Origin: a virus
Direction: 5' to 3' (one strand)
DNA length: 5,039 bases
IMG/VR virus record: IMGVR_UViG_3300045988_022552
Span: 1 to 5,039 of that record
Within the stretch, counting starts at the first letter, position 1, and every line of letters starts with the position of its first letter. A program made the translations under genes and the position numbers. The notes below the pieces were generated by a model, which saw nothing but the letters and a program-made list of their open reading frames with translations, did no database searches and had not been told where the DNA came from. Shown one piece after another: positions 4,828 to 5,039 of the stretch.

Positions 4828-5039
4828 ACCGTAATGTTGAATCTCATTTCGCACTTAATCCCACGAACATTGATATCCGGCGCTCGACGTTTGACCGGTC
4901 GCATTCTCTTAAGACTTCGTTTAACGTTGGTGATATTGTGCCTTTTTTCCTTGACGAAGTATTACCGGGTGATACGTTCAACGTGGACACATCCAAGGTT
5001 GTGCGCCTGCAGACGTTGCTTACTCCGGTTATGGATAAC
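4824..5039 (+). CDS. VP1: Major capsid protein VP1, N-terminal part (MNRNVESHFALNPTNIDIRRSTFDRSHSLKTSFNVGDIVPFFLDEVLPGDTF...). It runs into the terminal redundancy and is in frame with feature 1..1578.
   Basis: The ATG at 4824 is preceded by AGGAGG (4811-4816) with a 7-nt spacer. The N-terminus matches the canonical gokushovirus VP1 start (SxFDxS...VLPGDTF). Positions 4941..5039 duplicate 1..99, so the frame is continuous with 1..1578. The ATG overlaps the VP3 stop (ATGA). Confidence 0.95.
   Translation, partial: MNRNVESHFALNPTNIDIRRSTFDRSHSLKTSFNVGDIVPFFLDEVLPGDTFNVDTSKVVRLQTLLTPVMDN
4941..5039. repeat. Terminal redundancy copy B (identical to 1..99). The implied unit genome length is 4940 nt.
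   Basis: The exact 99-nt duplicate of the window start begins at 4941 (ccttttttccttgacgaagtattaccggg...). Confidence 0.95.

Noticed and set aside
4375-4854. A 159-aa minus-strand ORF antisense to VP3, and a 94-aa minus-strand ORF at 3729..4013 spanning the tandem repeat.
   Set aside because: Same strand argument as above. No RBS, and composition-driven sequence. The 3729..4013 ORF merely shows that the 63-bp repeat is also open on the opposite strand, which is a caution against over-reading coding potential there.

Overview
This window appears to be a complete, circularly permuted genome of a Gokushovirinae-type microvirus (ssDNA phage, Microviridae). The first 99 nt (1..99) are identical to the last 99 nt (4941..5039), which indicates a 4940-nt circular genome carrying an assembly terminal redundancy. 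All credible genes lie on the + strand, as expected for a microvirus. In order they are: major capsid VP1 (wraps the junction, 4824..4940 plus 1..1578, about 564 aa), VP2 minor capsid/pilot protein (1590..2414), rolling-circle replication initiator VP4 with HUH and Y motifs (2795..3808, probable TTG start), a 37-aa highly basic ORF8/J-like DNA-binding peptide (3808..3921), VP5 (4064..4315) and internal scaffold VP3 (4318..4827). Genes are tightly packed with ATGA/TAATG stop-start overlaps and Shine-Dalgarno sites.

Three things are not explained by this canonical gene set.

1. Between ORF8 and VP5 there is a 2 x 63-bp near-perfect tandem repeat (3924..4049). Each unit is exactly 21 codons. One frame is open, encodes an acidic 49-aa peptide with 8 periodically spaced cysteines, and ends in an ATGA overlap with the VP5 start.

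2. In the VP2-VP4 intergenic region there is a 35-aa micro-ORF (2650..2757). It has the same strong RBS context as VP2 and encodes a charged N-terminus followed by one transmembrane helix, which makes it a candidate membrane/lysis peptide.

3. The same intergenic region has a GC-rich island with a 10-bp direct iteron pair (2497..2516) next to a perfect 12-bp stem / 9-nt loop hairpin (2521..2553). The loop exposes CTTGAT, the phiX174-type Rep nick-site core, so this is a candidate viral-strand origin.

No database search could be run. All family assignments rest on motifs I recognised in the translations.
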